Virus record (IMG/VR): IMGVR_UViG_3300037391_000010
Coordinates: 1 to 64,000 of that record
DNA: 64,000 nt
Reading direction: 5' to 3' (one strand)
Origin: a virus
Shown: in pieces, positions 37,338 to 46,637 of the stretch
How the letters are laid out: the number at the start of each line of letters is the position of its first letter
How positions within the stretch are numbered: position 1 is the stretch's first letter
Made by a program: the position numbers and the translations under genes
The notes under the pieces: model-generated
The model's input: the letters and a program-made list of their open reading frames with translations, nothing else
What the model was told of the DNA's origin: nothing
Database searches by the model: none

Positions 37338-38321
37338 ATGCAGATTGTACAGGCATTCACGAATGGGACGTACCCAAACAGAATCCAGATTGTGATATCG
37401 CCGCCGTTCTACGGCCCGTTCACACAAGATGGTCCTCTCGGTGCGTTCAACCCCTTTCGCGATGTGAGCATCTATTCGGATGGATCGCTTCAGACTGTAC
37501 AGTCGTGGGCATTCGATACGACCAACAACCGCTACCTGATCTACTTGGTGCAAGCCATCGACCCTCAGAGCTTTGTTCAGGTCATTCATCACGTCCCCAA
37601 CCCACCTTTTGAAATCTTCGCCTTCCTCGGCTTCCCCACGCTGGAAGATGGGGAGACCGTGATTGAACTGGAAGATGGTTCTGGCGTAATCGTACTGGAA
37701 TCACAAACCCCAGAAATCTTTTACGGTACGTTGGATATTGTTGTATTCGAAGATGGGTTCACCGAAGTTGAATTGGAAGACGGTTCGGGCGTACTAGAAC
37801 TTGAATCCTCGATTAGCGAGTTGCCCGATGTGCCCGGCTTTGCGCTGGTTGCTCAGTACATTCCCACTGGCGATGTCGTCAGCCCCGAGATGGTGTTGAC
37901 TCCAGACCCAGCGTTCGTTGCCATCAATAACGGCGTACTGACCCCTGATGTCGTCGATCTGTTGTGGTTAACGGCGGGTGTGGCTCAAGTCATCATAACG
38001 GGTTCCAATGGTCTTAACACAGGACTCATGGGACCTTCAGGCATCTATCTCTTAGACCTCGAATTCTGGGCTGGGTGGGGTCAAGGTTGGGGCTTATCTT
38101 GGGGCGGACAAGGATCGGGCACCATCCTCCTGACAATGACGGGGTACGACGCCGAGGGGAATCCGATTGTGGTGAACGCGGGCTCGCCGCCGACATATTT
38201 GACGGTTACGGCGACCATAACCATAGGCACTCCATCCACCTATTACCTCTTGCAGGAGACGGGTTTCAGGTTCGAGCTTGAGGATGGATCGGGCGATATC
38301 TTGTTGGAAGTAGCCACTTAA
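37338..38321 (+). CDS. Virion structural protein with (L/F)EDG repeats
   Basis: LEDGET.IELEDGSG, FEDGF..VELEDGSG and LQETG...ELEDGSG repeats; GWGQGWGLSWG. Confidence 0.6.
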   Translation: MQIVQAFTNGTYPNRIQIVISPPFYGPFTQDGPLGAFNPFRDVSIYSDGSLQTVQSWAFDTTNNRYLIYLVQAIDPQSFVQVIHHVPNPPFEIFAFLGFPTLEDGETVIELEDGSGVIVLESQTPEIFYGTLDIVVFEDGFTEVELEDGSGVLELESSISELPDVPGFALVAQYIPTGDVVSPEMVLTPDPAFVAINNGVLTPDVVDLLWLTAGVAQVIITGSNGLNTGLMGPSGIYLLDLEFWAGWGQGWGLSWGGQGSGTILLTMTGYDAEGNPIVVNAGSPPTYLTVTATITIGTPSTYYLLQETGFRFELEDGSGDILLEVAT

Positions 38322-38355
38322 ACGTGGACTAGCGAATTCATATTTGGAGACTTAA

Positions 38356-39768
38356 ATGGCGGACGCAAAAATATCAGCATTGATCGCAGGCGGTGCGGCT
38401 CTCAGCACGGACCTGATCCCGATAGCACGTATCGGTACGCCTGATGCCAACTTTTCGATCACGGTAGGAGCTATCGCTACACTCGTCCTCGGCTTGGTTC
38501 CAGCACCACCAACTCCGGGTGGGGTTTCTGGTGCTGTTCAGTTCAACAACTCAGGTTCTTTCGGCGGTACTGGTTCGACCACAGCGGGCGTCCTGATCTC
38601 AGGCACCACCCTGCAACTGAACAACGGTCTGGGCGATTCAACTGGAACATTTGCGAGCCCCTTCGTCGGAGCCGCAGGCGAATTCTTAGCCAGCACAGGC
38701 GCGGCAACGAAATGGAGATGGATTCCGTTCTACGATGCTAACGGCGACATAGCGGTGGGGAACGACGATCACATCGCCAGCGGCACCGCACAGCTTCCGG
38801 GCGATCAGGGTTCACCCTCCTACACCAATAACGTAACCGTAACGCTGACCAGCAATTCAATTTTCGCTGATACAAACTACGTGGTTCAGTTAACGCGAAT
38901 TCCCACTCAGTGGAAGATGGTGGGCTCTCTTTTCTCTGGCAACCCGTTTAAGATTGGGCAAATAGTCGGTCAAACTGGTACAGGTGCATCGGGAGAAATA
39001 CTGGCACCTTTTCCCGACTCAGGTACAGGTACACTGTACATCGGCGGACTCAGTGGGACACCTAACTCCGTTGGGCATTGGTCAGCGACTTCTCCCGACC
39101 TTGGAACCTCTGTGTTTGCTCCGTCCGCCCCCTCCATACCGACTGTCAATATCTTCGCTGGATACAACATCGTGTTCGCCGCCAACGCATCTGGCGGAAC
39201 CACCGTGTACACTGGCTTCTCTCCGACAGGCAACGAATCGGTCAATGCTTATGCGGGGTACACCTTCACCGTAAGCGGCTTCGTGACGAACCCCGCCAAC
39301 AATGGCATATTTTTCTGCGTGGCATCCACACCCACTACCATCACGCTTGCCAATCCGAATGGTGTAGCCGAAAGTTCTGCATTCAACGAGATCGTCAACG
39401 GCAACATGACTGGTACTTTCTTTGTCAGTGAAACAGTCGTGCAGTCTGGTGCGACGGCGAGCTTGATTATGGCCGTGCCGCCAACAAACTATGGTGCGGG
39501 TGCGGAATTGTATCTCGGACCAATCACGGGAACCCCCACCGCAGGTGGAAGATGGAACACAAGTCCTACCAGTGGAAACTTCTTTGATCCATCGGAAGCG
39601 CCGACATCCATGGTCTGCTCAGCAGTCATGACCCCCGCTGTTAGCGGTATCTATGTGAAAGTTATCTCAGCGTCTACATTCACTATTTACTCCGATCTCC
39701 CAGCGGATACGACCGTGCTGAACTGGACGGCGATTGGCTACGGCGTGCCGGGTGGTTCGCCAGTCTAA
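38356..39768 (+). CDS. Fibre-like virion protein
   Basis: MADAKISAL N-terminus, PGG..GAVQFNN.G.FGG motif, C-terminal NW.AIG; modules shared with 40435 and 61027 proteins. Confidence 0.65.
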   Translation: MADAKISALIAGGAALSTDLIPIARIGTPDANFSITVGAIATLVLGLVPAPPTPGGVSGAVQFNNSGSFGGTGSTTAGVLISGTTLQLNNGLGDSTGTFASPFVGAAGEFLASTGAATKWRWIPFYDANGDIAVGNDDHIASGTAQLPGDQGSPSYTNNVTVTLTSNSIFADTNYVVQLTRIPTQWKMVGSLFSGNPFKIGQIVGQTGTGASGEILAPFPDSGTGTLYIGGLSGTPNSVGHWSATSPDLGTSVFAPSAPSIPTVNIFAGYNIVFAANASGGTTVYTGFSPTGNESVNAYAGYTFTVSGFVTNPANNGIFFCVASTPTTITLANPNGVAESSAFNEIVNGNMTGTFFVSETVVQSGATASLIMAVPPTNYGAGAELYLGPITGTPTAGGRWNTSPTSGNFFDPSEAPTSMVCSAVMTPAVSGIYVKVISASTFTIYSDLPADTTVLNWTAIGYGVPGGSPV

Positions 39769-39779
39769 ACGGGTGATGG

Positions 39780-40409
39780 ATGAGACTCGCTTTCGCGATC
39801 ACGACATATAAGGATCAAGCTCTCGCCGAGACCGTCGTCGGAAACCTGAAGAAGTTTTATCCCCTCGCTTCGGTGCTGTTATTTGACGACGCTAAGGAGC
39901 GTCTAAAGCTGCCACAGTTCGCAGGGCGGTGGACGGAACGGTACTTGAAAGCCTTTCTGGAAACGGACGCCGATGTACTGGTCAAGATTGATCCCGATGT
40001 GACCGTGGTACGGAAGGCTCGGAGATTCCCAACAGGTGAAGTCTTCGGGCAAAAGGCCGCTGGGCGTCAGGTGCTAGGCGGTGTCATTGGGTACTCCCGC
40101 ACTGGAGCGAAGAAAATCGTAGATTCAGGGCTCCTGCTCGACCCCAAATACACCGATGTGATGCAGTTTTCGTATGCCAGATTCTCTGGCGAATACCTGC
40201 GGGATGGCGAGGAAGAAGACCCCACGCCCGTGTCTTTACAGGACGCGATCATGGCGGATGTTATTCAAAAGCTTGGACTTGAGGTGGGGCATTGGCTTGA
40301 GGCATACGTCCGTACCAGCACCTCCGACCCGAGCTTGATGCCGCCAGCGGGGGACTACGCTTTTGTGTGCGTCGGGCGGCACATAAAGGACTACAAGGCC
40401 ATTATATAG
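39780..40409 (+). CDS. Glycosyltransferase-like protein (GT-A fold)
   Basis: AITTYKD, VKIDPD (DxD), GG and QD motifs; sits among fibre genes. Confidence 0.55.
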   Translation: MRLAFAITTYKDQALAETVVGNLKKFYPLASVLLFDDAKERLKLPQFAGRWTERYLKAFLETDADVLVKIDPDVTVVRKARRFPTGEVFGQKAAGRQVLGGVIGYSRTGAKKIVDSGLLLDPKYTDVMQFSYARFSGEYLRDGEEEDPTPVSLQDAIMADVIQKLGLEVGHWLEAYVRTSTSDPSLMPPAGDYAFVCVGRHIKDYKAII

Positions 40410-40434
40410 AAGCCTTGGACAATCGGGGGAATAG

Positions 40435-43269
40435 ATGGCTAACGAGAAAATTTCACAATTAAATAGCGGAAATCCCGCTCAAGGTGGAGACCTGCTCCTC
40501 ATTGCCCGCTCAGGGCAAAGCCTTTCCGTGACGGCGAGCAGCGTGGCGGCTCTGGCAGGTGGTGGGTTTAGCGGGTCGTTCGCCGATCTCACGTCAGGCG
40601 TCAATGCTTCGGCTATATTTACGGTGGGTAACGGTGGGTCAATCACATTTTCTGGTGTCGCATCCCCCGTCACCACGCAATTAGCTACAGCAGGAGCTTA
40701 CGCCATCCTCGGTGCATCGGCGGTTACGAACTCCGATGGTGCAAGCACAATCATCAGCAATGGGAACATTGGTTCCTACCCGACCAACACGATCACACCG
40801 GGAAGTCCGCCATGGACTCTTTCGGGTGCATCAGTCGTCACCGCCGTCGCTCAGAACCAGACGGATTTGGCTGCGGCGATTTCCTACTATCAGGGATTGG
40901 GGCCGGGGACTGCTCTGGGTGTAGCTCTCGATGGTCTGACCCTCACCCCCGGCGTTTACAGCGGCGGAACTTTCACCTTGAGTGGTGGAAATCTTACGCT
41001 GAATGGCGCGGGCACCTACGTATTCCTCGCATCAACCACGATTGGCCTGACGGGTGCTTCAACAATCACCCTAACGGGAGGTGCAACAGCCGCGAACGTT
41101 GTCTTTGTCGCGGGTAGTTCATTCACCGCAGCCGCCAACGCTGGCACCGTATTCAATGGCAACATCCTTGCAGCCGTTTCCATTACGGTTGACGGTGGAG
41201 CATATACAGGTCGCCTGCTCGCGAATACTGGGGCGGTCACCATCTCCACCGCTACCACTGTCACCTTGTCATCGGGCGTTCAACTCGGTATAGTCAATGC
41301 AAATCAAATTTACGGTGTGACTGTCAGCGGTACGGCTCCAACCGCAGGACAAGTTCTCACAGCTACGAGCGCGACAACGGCCAATTGGCAGACACCTAGC
41401 GGTGGAGGCGGTGGTGGGGCATTCAGTGCAATCACCGCAGGCACCAACACCGCAGCTTTGGTGGTGGGCACGGGCGGTACGCTCATGGTCAGTGGCACGG
41501 GCGTGATACAAGCAACTCAGATTCGAGCCGTTATTGTCAGCGGCACAGCCCCAACCACAGGTCAGGTACTCACAGCGACAGGTGCAACAACTGCGAATTG
41601 GCAGACGCCTTCGGGCGGCGGTGGGGCTCCGGGTGGTGCTAATGGCGCGGCTCAGTACAATTCCTTCAGCACGTTTGCTGGTTCGCCCGATGTCTTCATC
41701 GACAATCCCAGCGTAATCAATGGATCGTATACCACTCCGCTTCAGATCACAGGCAGCAGTGCTCCGGGTAGCCATTTCGCTTTCAACGGCAACGATATGC
41801 TGGCGGTATTTGTTTACGGCAACAATTCTGCACCGGGATTGCGCCTTACGCCATCGGGCGACACTCAAGAGGTTGACATCAACCTCGCAAACTCTTACGG
41901 CGAGACCGCACAGTTCACGCCCGGATTATTGGCGATCAACGGTCTGTTCGGCGGGTATATTTCGTTGGGTCCGAATTCGCCATTCAGCCCCGGAAATGGT
42001 TTTGGCTTCGCGAGATTTGAAGACGACAGTTCTAACTTCACGGAGATTGGTGGAGGTGTTACGGATTCGTGCGGTAGCATCTACATGTTTAACGAATATC
42101 AGGTTTCCACCAACGGCCATGCCGCTCTCACAGTTTATGGCGGCTATGGAGCCCACGATGACATCATGGCGTTGTTCCTGAATCAAGGCGCAACCACAAT
42201 CACTCCGTCTCTTGCATTCGCAGTTGGTTTTTCGGTCGATACAAACGGACACGTGACAGCAGGTAAGGCAGGTCAGGGAGCTTTCAATACAGATTTTGCG
42301 GGAACCATCGGACTTACATCTACATCGCAAGCAGTGACGTTCGGAGCACCGTTCACAGGGGCTAACCCGCCCATAGTAACCGTGACCGCCCTTTCCGATC
42401 CATCGCCTCTCGGCGGCGTGTGGATTACCAATCAAGGTGCAACGACTGCGTGGACAGGATTCACACTCAACGTCACTATGGCTCCCCCAGACTTCATTAT
42501 AGCCACTAGCGCCGAGGACAATTCCAGTCTTACCGTAACTATGACCCTTGCATCCAAGATAACAGGCTCCGTCGCCAGCGGCACCTTTGTTTCTGGTGAA
42601 GTGGTCACACAAACTTTATCGGGCGCAATGGCGTATCTCGTCAGCACGGCTCCTACGGCATCCGCTCCGATGTATATCTCGAACATTATGTATTTTGCAA
42701 CTGGTTCAGTAACCAGCGGCACGTTTACCCCGGGCGAATTGGTCACGCAGGCCAGCACGCTCGCAACGGCTTACCTGATGGGTGCGGTTCCTACGGGATC
42801 GAGTGACATATATCTCATGCTCGTCTCAGGAACCCCAGACTCATCGGATATTTGGACAGGGCAGCTTAGTGGAGCCACTTACACTCCGACCACCGCACCT
42901 GCTATCACGGGAACACCCGACTCGTCGGATATTTGGACAGGCGACACCAGCGGAGCTATTTACACCCCAACGTCCGCGCCTGTTGCCCCCGGTAGTTTCT
43001 CACCGGGCGGGTATGTCGGCAACTTGGTAGGTCTAACGAATTTGTCGAATCTGAATGGTTACCCGTATTGGGGAATACCCGATGGCATCTACTACGGCTA
43101 CCTCCTACCTGCGGGCACTTTTGCTGGGTTCAAAACCTATGGAACGAGCGGCACCACGTTGGTATTCATCGATCCAACACTTACAGGTCCGGGTCAGACG
43201 CTTGCTGTTGAAACAGGCGATGCTCTTTTCTCAGTGAACTTCAACTATCACGTAATCGGGCAGTCGTAA
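40435..43269 (+). CDS. Fibre-like virion protein with an ice-binding (DUF3494) domain
   Basis: MANEKISQL N-terminus; AG.YAILG.SAVTN, L.G.TLTPGVY, GATAANV.F..GSS, F.GNILA..SIT, GRLLA.TGAVT; GQVLTAT.ATTANWQTPS repeat x2. Confidence 0.8.
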   Translation: MANEKISQLNSGNPAQGGDLLLIARSGQSLSVTASSVAALAGGGFSGSFADLTSGVNASAIFTVGNGGSITFSGVASPVTTQLATAGAYAILGASAVTNSDGASTIISNGNIGSYPTNTITPGSPPWTLSGASVVTAVAQNQTDLAAAISYYQGLGPGTALGVALDGLTLTPGVYSGGTFTLSGGNLTLNGAGTYVFLASTTIGLTGASTITLTGGATAANVVFVAGSSFTAAANAGTVFNGNILAAVSITVDGGAYTGRLLANTGAVTISTATTVTLSSGVQLGIVNANQIYGVTVSGTAPTAGQVLTATSATTANWQTPSGGGGGGAFSAITAGTNTAALVVGTGGTLMVSGTGVIQATQIRAVIVSGTAPTTGQVLTATGATTANWQTPSGGGGAPGGANGAAQYNSFSTFAGSPDVFIDNPSVINGSYTTPLQITGSSAPGSHFAFNGNDMLAVFVYGNNSAPGLRLTPSGDTQEVDINLANSYGETAQFTPGLLAINGLFGGYISLGPNSPFSPGNGFGFARFEDDSSNFTEIGGGVTDSCGSIYMFNEYQVSTNGHAALTVYGGYGAHDDIMALFLNQGATTITPSLAFAVGFSVDTNGHVTAGKAGQGAFNTDFAGTIGLTSTSQAVTFGAPFTGANPPIVTVTALSDPSPLGGVWITNQGATTAWTGFTLNVTMAPPDFIIATSAEDNSSLTVTMTLASKITGSVASGTFVSGEVVTQTLSGAMAYLVSTAPTASAPMYISNIMYFATGSVTSGTFTPGELVTQASTLATAYLMGAVPTGSSDIYLMLVSGTPDSSDIWTGQLSGATYTPTTAPAITGTPDSSDIWTGDTSGAIYTPTSAPVAPGSFSPGGYVGNLVGLTNLSNLNGYPYWGIPDGIYYGYLLPAGTFAGFKTYGTSGTTLVFIDPTLTGPGQTLAVETGDALFSVNFNYHVIGQS

Positions 43270-43276
43270 GGACATC

Positions 43277-44005
43277 ATGAGCATCACATACGGACCTAAG
43301 ATTCCGCAGTTATTCGTCAGCGCAGCCCTCGGTGACCAATACTACACCGCTGGCGAAGCGTTACTGCGTGGGTTGCAGGCACTCGTTGAGCCGAACGTCA
43401 TCAGTGTCGGTGCATTGAGTGCACCGCCTCCGACTCCAAGTGACGGCGACTCTTACATCGTTGGAGCCAGCCCCACTGGTGCATGGGCGGGTCAAGCCAA
43501 CAATTTCGCCTATTGGTCAACCGACAATCCCTCGGCTCCGAACGGAGAATGGGAATTCTACACGCCATTAAACGGCTGGATCGTCGGTAGCGGTGGAGCG
43601 ATTTACACCTTTAACGGAACAGCTTGGAGTGCCCCGATCACGGGGGGACGTGTAGCAGCTATTCCTTATGTGATTGATGGCGGCGGCTCCGTACCGTCCA
43701 CTGGATTGAAGGGACAACTCAGCATCCCAGCGGGCTGCACGATCACGGGCTGGGTTCTCACCTCAGACGTGAGCGGCTCCGCTGTCGTGGACGTTCTCCG
43801 CTCGACCTACGCCGCATTTCCAACCACCGCATCCATCGCTGGCACAGATATGCCCACACTCTCATCCGCACAAAAGAACCAAGATTTGGTATTAACCGGA
43901 TGGGGGTCTACGGCTATCAATGCAGGGGATGAGATTCAGTTCAACCTCGTTTCCGTCACTACGGTCACACGGCTCAACATCACTTTGAATGTGACCATCC
44001 CGTAA
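43277..44005 (+). CDS. DUF2793-containing virion protein
   Basis: PP.TP.DGD.YIV...PTGAWAGQ...A.W......W.F..P..GW pattern. Confidence 0.75.
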   Translation: MSITYGPKIPQLFVSAALGDQYYTAGEALLRGLQALVEPNVISVGALSAPPPTPSDGDSYIVGASPTGAWAGQANNFAYWSTDNPSAPNGEWEFYTPLNGWIVGSGGAIYTFNGTAWSAPITGGRVAAIPYVIDGGGSVPSTGLKGQLSIPAGCTITGWVLTSDVSGSAVVDVLRSTYAAFPTTASIAGTDMPTLSSAQKNQDLVLTGWGSTAINAGDEIQFNLVSVTTVTRLNITLNVTIP

Positions 44006-44020
44006 GGCTGGAAAATAATC

Positions 44021-46189
44021 ATGGGTGCAACTTTAGTAGCGACAGCGGCAGCATCATCGCTTGTAGAGTTTGGCAGTCCAGCGACCACCGCTGCGCGGAA
44101 CACCACTGGTGCCAATTTTATTTGCGTGGCGTGCAACAACTATGATTCTGAAGCCTCTGAACTAACACTCACGGACACCATCGGTGGGAATCCAAGCGGC
44201 AACGTCTGGACATTGGTTCCCTACGACCCGACAAACCCCGGCGTTGCGGGCTTCCCCTTCTTCTACTACATGTACAATCCAGCCGTTGGTGCAAACCATG
44301 TGTTCAGCCTTGCGAGCACGGGCAACGCCGATCCCAACCTCTGCATGATGGCATTCTCTGGCGTGCCGCTCGGGTCGATTTCAGCCGACTACACTACTAC
44401 CCCCATTTCCGCTAGTGAAAGCGTCTCCACCCTGATCTTAGATTTTGCGACGACGGGAATACCCGTGCAAACGCAGTCGGTGAGTTTTGGAGGAGGCGGT
44501 ATAGGGACAAGCGGTAGCGGGACTTTCGCCAACCCCATACCAGTCGGACAGTCGATAGTTGTCGTGTTCCAAAATAACACCTTCTTCTCGACTTCAGGTG
44601 TGATGACGCTGACGGACTCATCGGGCAACGTTTACAGCCATTACACCGCAGCTTTCGGAACAAACCCTTGTTCGCAGGTAGACGTTTTCGTCGCATTCAA
44701 CGTTCCAGCTACATCGTCCCTCACGCTGAATTGGACGGCTCAAAACAGTATCGGCAATGGTGATGGAGAAGCGTGGACGGTGACGAACTTGACATCGTTA
44801 AATAGCTTCCTGTCAAACACACAGGCACCGAGCACCGGTCCGCTTACCAGTCCCACAATCACCCTCGCGTCATATCCAGCGGAGGATTGGCTCCTGCTTG
44901 CTACCAGCTACCCTTACGCGAGTCCAGTTGACAATTGGTCAAACATGGACGTGGGGGCTGTTGGCGGTGTGTTTCAACAAGTCACAACTTTTGCAGAGCG
45001 AGATGAAAGTTGGTGGGCGGTAGGCGGCAATTACGGCCCGATGCCATCCATCACCCCCGACTCAGGGCTTGGATTTCAGGTGCCAAATAACGCTGGCGAC
45101 CTCATCATTACCGCTGCGGGCATCGGCGACATTCAAGGAGATGTAGTTGCCGTCGATAGCGGCGTAACCATCGCGGGTAGCAGCATCCCATACAGCATCG
45201 TCGGGATCACGGCTGGCTATCTCGTCGCCGCACAAGGGGCGGTATCTTGCACTGGGAACATCACCATCGACACGGTTCCAAGCCCGCCGACCGCCGTTGT
45301 CAGTGTGGTAAATACAGCGCCGTTTGTAGCGCAACAAACATGTACGGGATTCGCTGCGATGACCTTGAACGGCCTCTTCACCACAAACAACGTAGCGACT
45401 ATCGCCGTGGCAAATTCCGCAGGTTTTACCCCCGGCATGGTCGTCTACCTTAACGGGTTTACGGATGCGACCATATCGAGCTACTTGAACGACCGCTTTG
45501 GGAACGTGGTCTCGGTTGGTTCTGGCGTTATATCCGTGGTAATGCCGCTCGGACTCGCAAATTATTCAACCCTAACCGCAGGTCCGGGAACTATCAGTCA
45601 GGTTGTCAAACTTCAAGGATTCACAAGCACGGGCACCAACAATCTTGACGGCGTGAACAATACCGATAAGACTTACGTCATCTCCATAGCCCCTAACGTT
45701 CTAACGCTCGCTGGCGGCTTTAGCGGTGTGGTGAGCGGTGCGTACACAGGGCAGGCCGATGGAACGGTTGGCATACCAGTAGACCCTGTTTGGTCGTGGG
45801 GTACTCCCTCATTGACGCCTGCGGGGAATCTTCCGACAGCGGGCTATCCCTTTCAGTCAATCCTTAGCAGCATGGTCAACGACGATTTACACGGGGTTTC
45901 CGAGCCTCCTTTGGGCGGCTACTCGGGAACATTCACTTTCATCTTCGGTGCCGCGCCCGGAAATATCAGCAACACACCGCCCGGGGCAGGCCCGTGGCCT
46001 CCCAGTGGCATCACGATCCAATGGCAGGGGACAGACGCGCAGGGATACCCACAGGTCGGCACTATGAACATACCGCAGTCCGCGCTTATAACGGGGACTT
46101 ACGGGCCGTTTATCATTCCCGCTGGCGCTTTTCACTACGGCATTGAAGCGGTTTCGACATCAGCAACGAATCGACGGCTGGTATGGTGA
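44021..46189 (+). CDS. Large beta-rich virion/fibre-associated protein
   Basis: 722 aa, T/G/S/V-rich; LTD..GN.(W/Y) modules. Confidence 0.6.
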   Translation: MGATLVATAAASSLVEFGSPATTAARNTTGANFICVACNNYDSEASELTLTDTIGGNPSGNVWTLVPYDPTNPGVAGFPFFYYMYNPAVGANHVFSLASTGNADPNLCMMAFSGVPLGSISADYTTTPISASESVSTLILDFATTGIPVQTQSVSFGGGGIGTSGSGTFANPIPVGQSIVVVFQNNTFFSTSGVMTLTDSSGNVYSHYTAAFGTNPCSQVDVFVAFNVPATSSLTLNWTAQNSIGNGDGEAWTVTNLTSLNSFLSNTQAPSTGPLTSPTITLASYPAEDWLLLATSYPYASPVDNWSNMDVGAVGGVFQQVTTFAERDESWWAVGGNYGPMPSITPDSGLGFQVPNNAGDLIITAAGIGDIQGDVVAVDSGVTIAGSSIPYSIVGITAGYLVAAQGAVSCTGNITIDTVPSPPTAVVSVVNTAPFVAQQTCTGFAAMTLNGLFTTNNVATIAVANSAGFTPGMVVYLNGFTDATISSYLNDRFGNVVSVGSGVISVVMPLGLANYSTLTAGPGTISQVVKLQGFTSTGTNNLDGVNNTDKTYVISIAPNVLTLAGGFSGVVSGAYTGQADGTVGIPVDPVWSWGTPSLTPAGNLPTAGYPFQSILSSMVNDDLHGVSEPPLGGYSGTFTFIFGAAPGNISNTPPGAGPWPPSGITIQWQGTDAQGYPQVGTMNIPQSALITGTYGPFIIPAGAFHYGIEAVSTSATNRRLVW

Positions 46190-46394
46190 TTTTCCCATCG
46201 CCACAATTGATAGCGAGAGGGGTTTGCATCGCTCCAATGCTGTTCGGGTTTTAAGTGTTGTAGTATCATAGTTTTACGGATCGAGCGACTGTTTTCTGGC
46301 CGCTACATCATCGGCAAGTGGGGAATCACACTACCGAAACCTCAATATGAGTGTGCTTTTAGACGCTTATCCCTAGCTAGGAGAAACGAACATC

Positions 46395-46628
46395 ATGTCC
46401 AAGAAAATCGCAGCAGCAGACGCAACGGCAATGAACTCGCTCTACAAGGGTGAACTCGGTCGCCTCGGCCTCAAGGTCGCACAGAAGGACGCAAAGGACT
46501 CAGCCGCAGGGCAGTCCCACGATCCTCAGGCTTTCGAGGATCACGAAGATTACATGAAGACCCTTGAGTCGGTCCTGAAGGAAGATGAAAAGACCGCAGG
46601 CGATCCCAACGACCCAATCACCGACTAA
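46395..46628 (+). CDS. Small head-associated protein with K-x-A motifs
   Basis: AGGAG RBS; KIAA, KVAQ, KTAG; late motif upstream. Confidence 0.65.
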   Translation: MSKKIAAADATAMNSLYKGELGRLGLKVAQKDAKDSAAGQSHDPQAFEDHEDYMKTLESVLKEDEKTAGDPNDPITD

Positions 46629-46637
46629 GGAGGAAAG

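Noticed and set aside
38356-46189. Diversity-generating retroelement targeting fibre genes
   Set aside because: No reverse transcriptase in the window, and the repeats differ at synonymous positions of all bases rather than only at adenines
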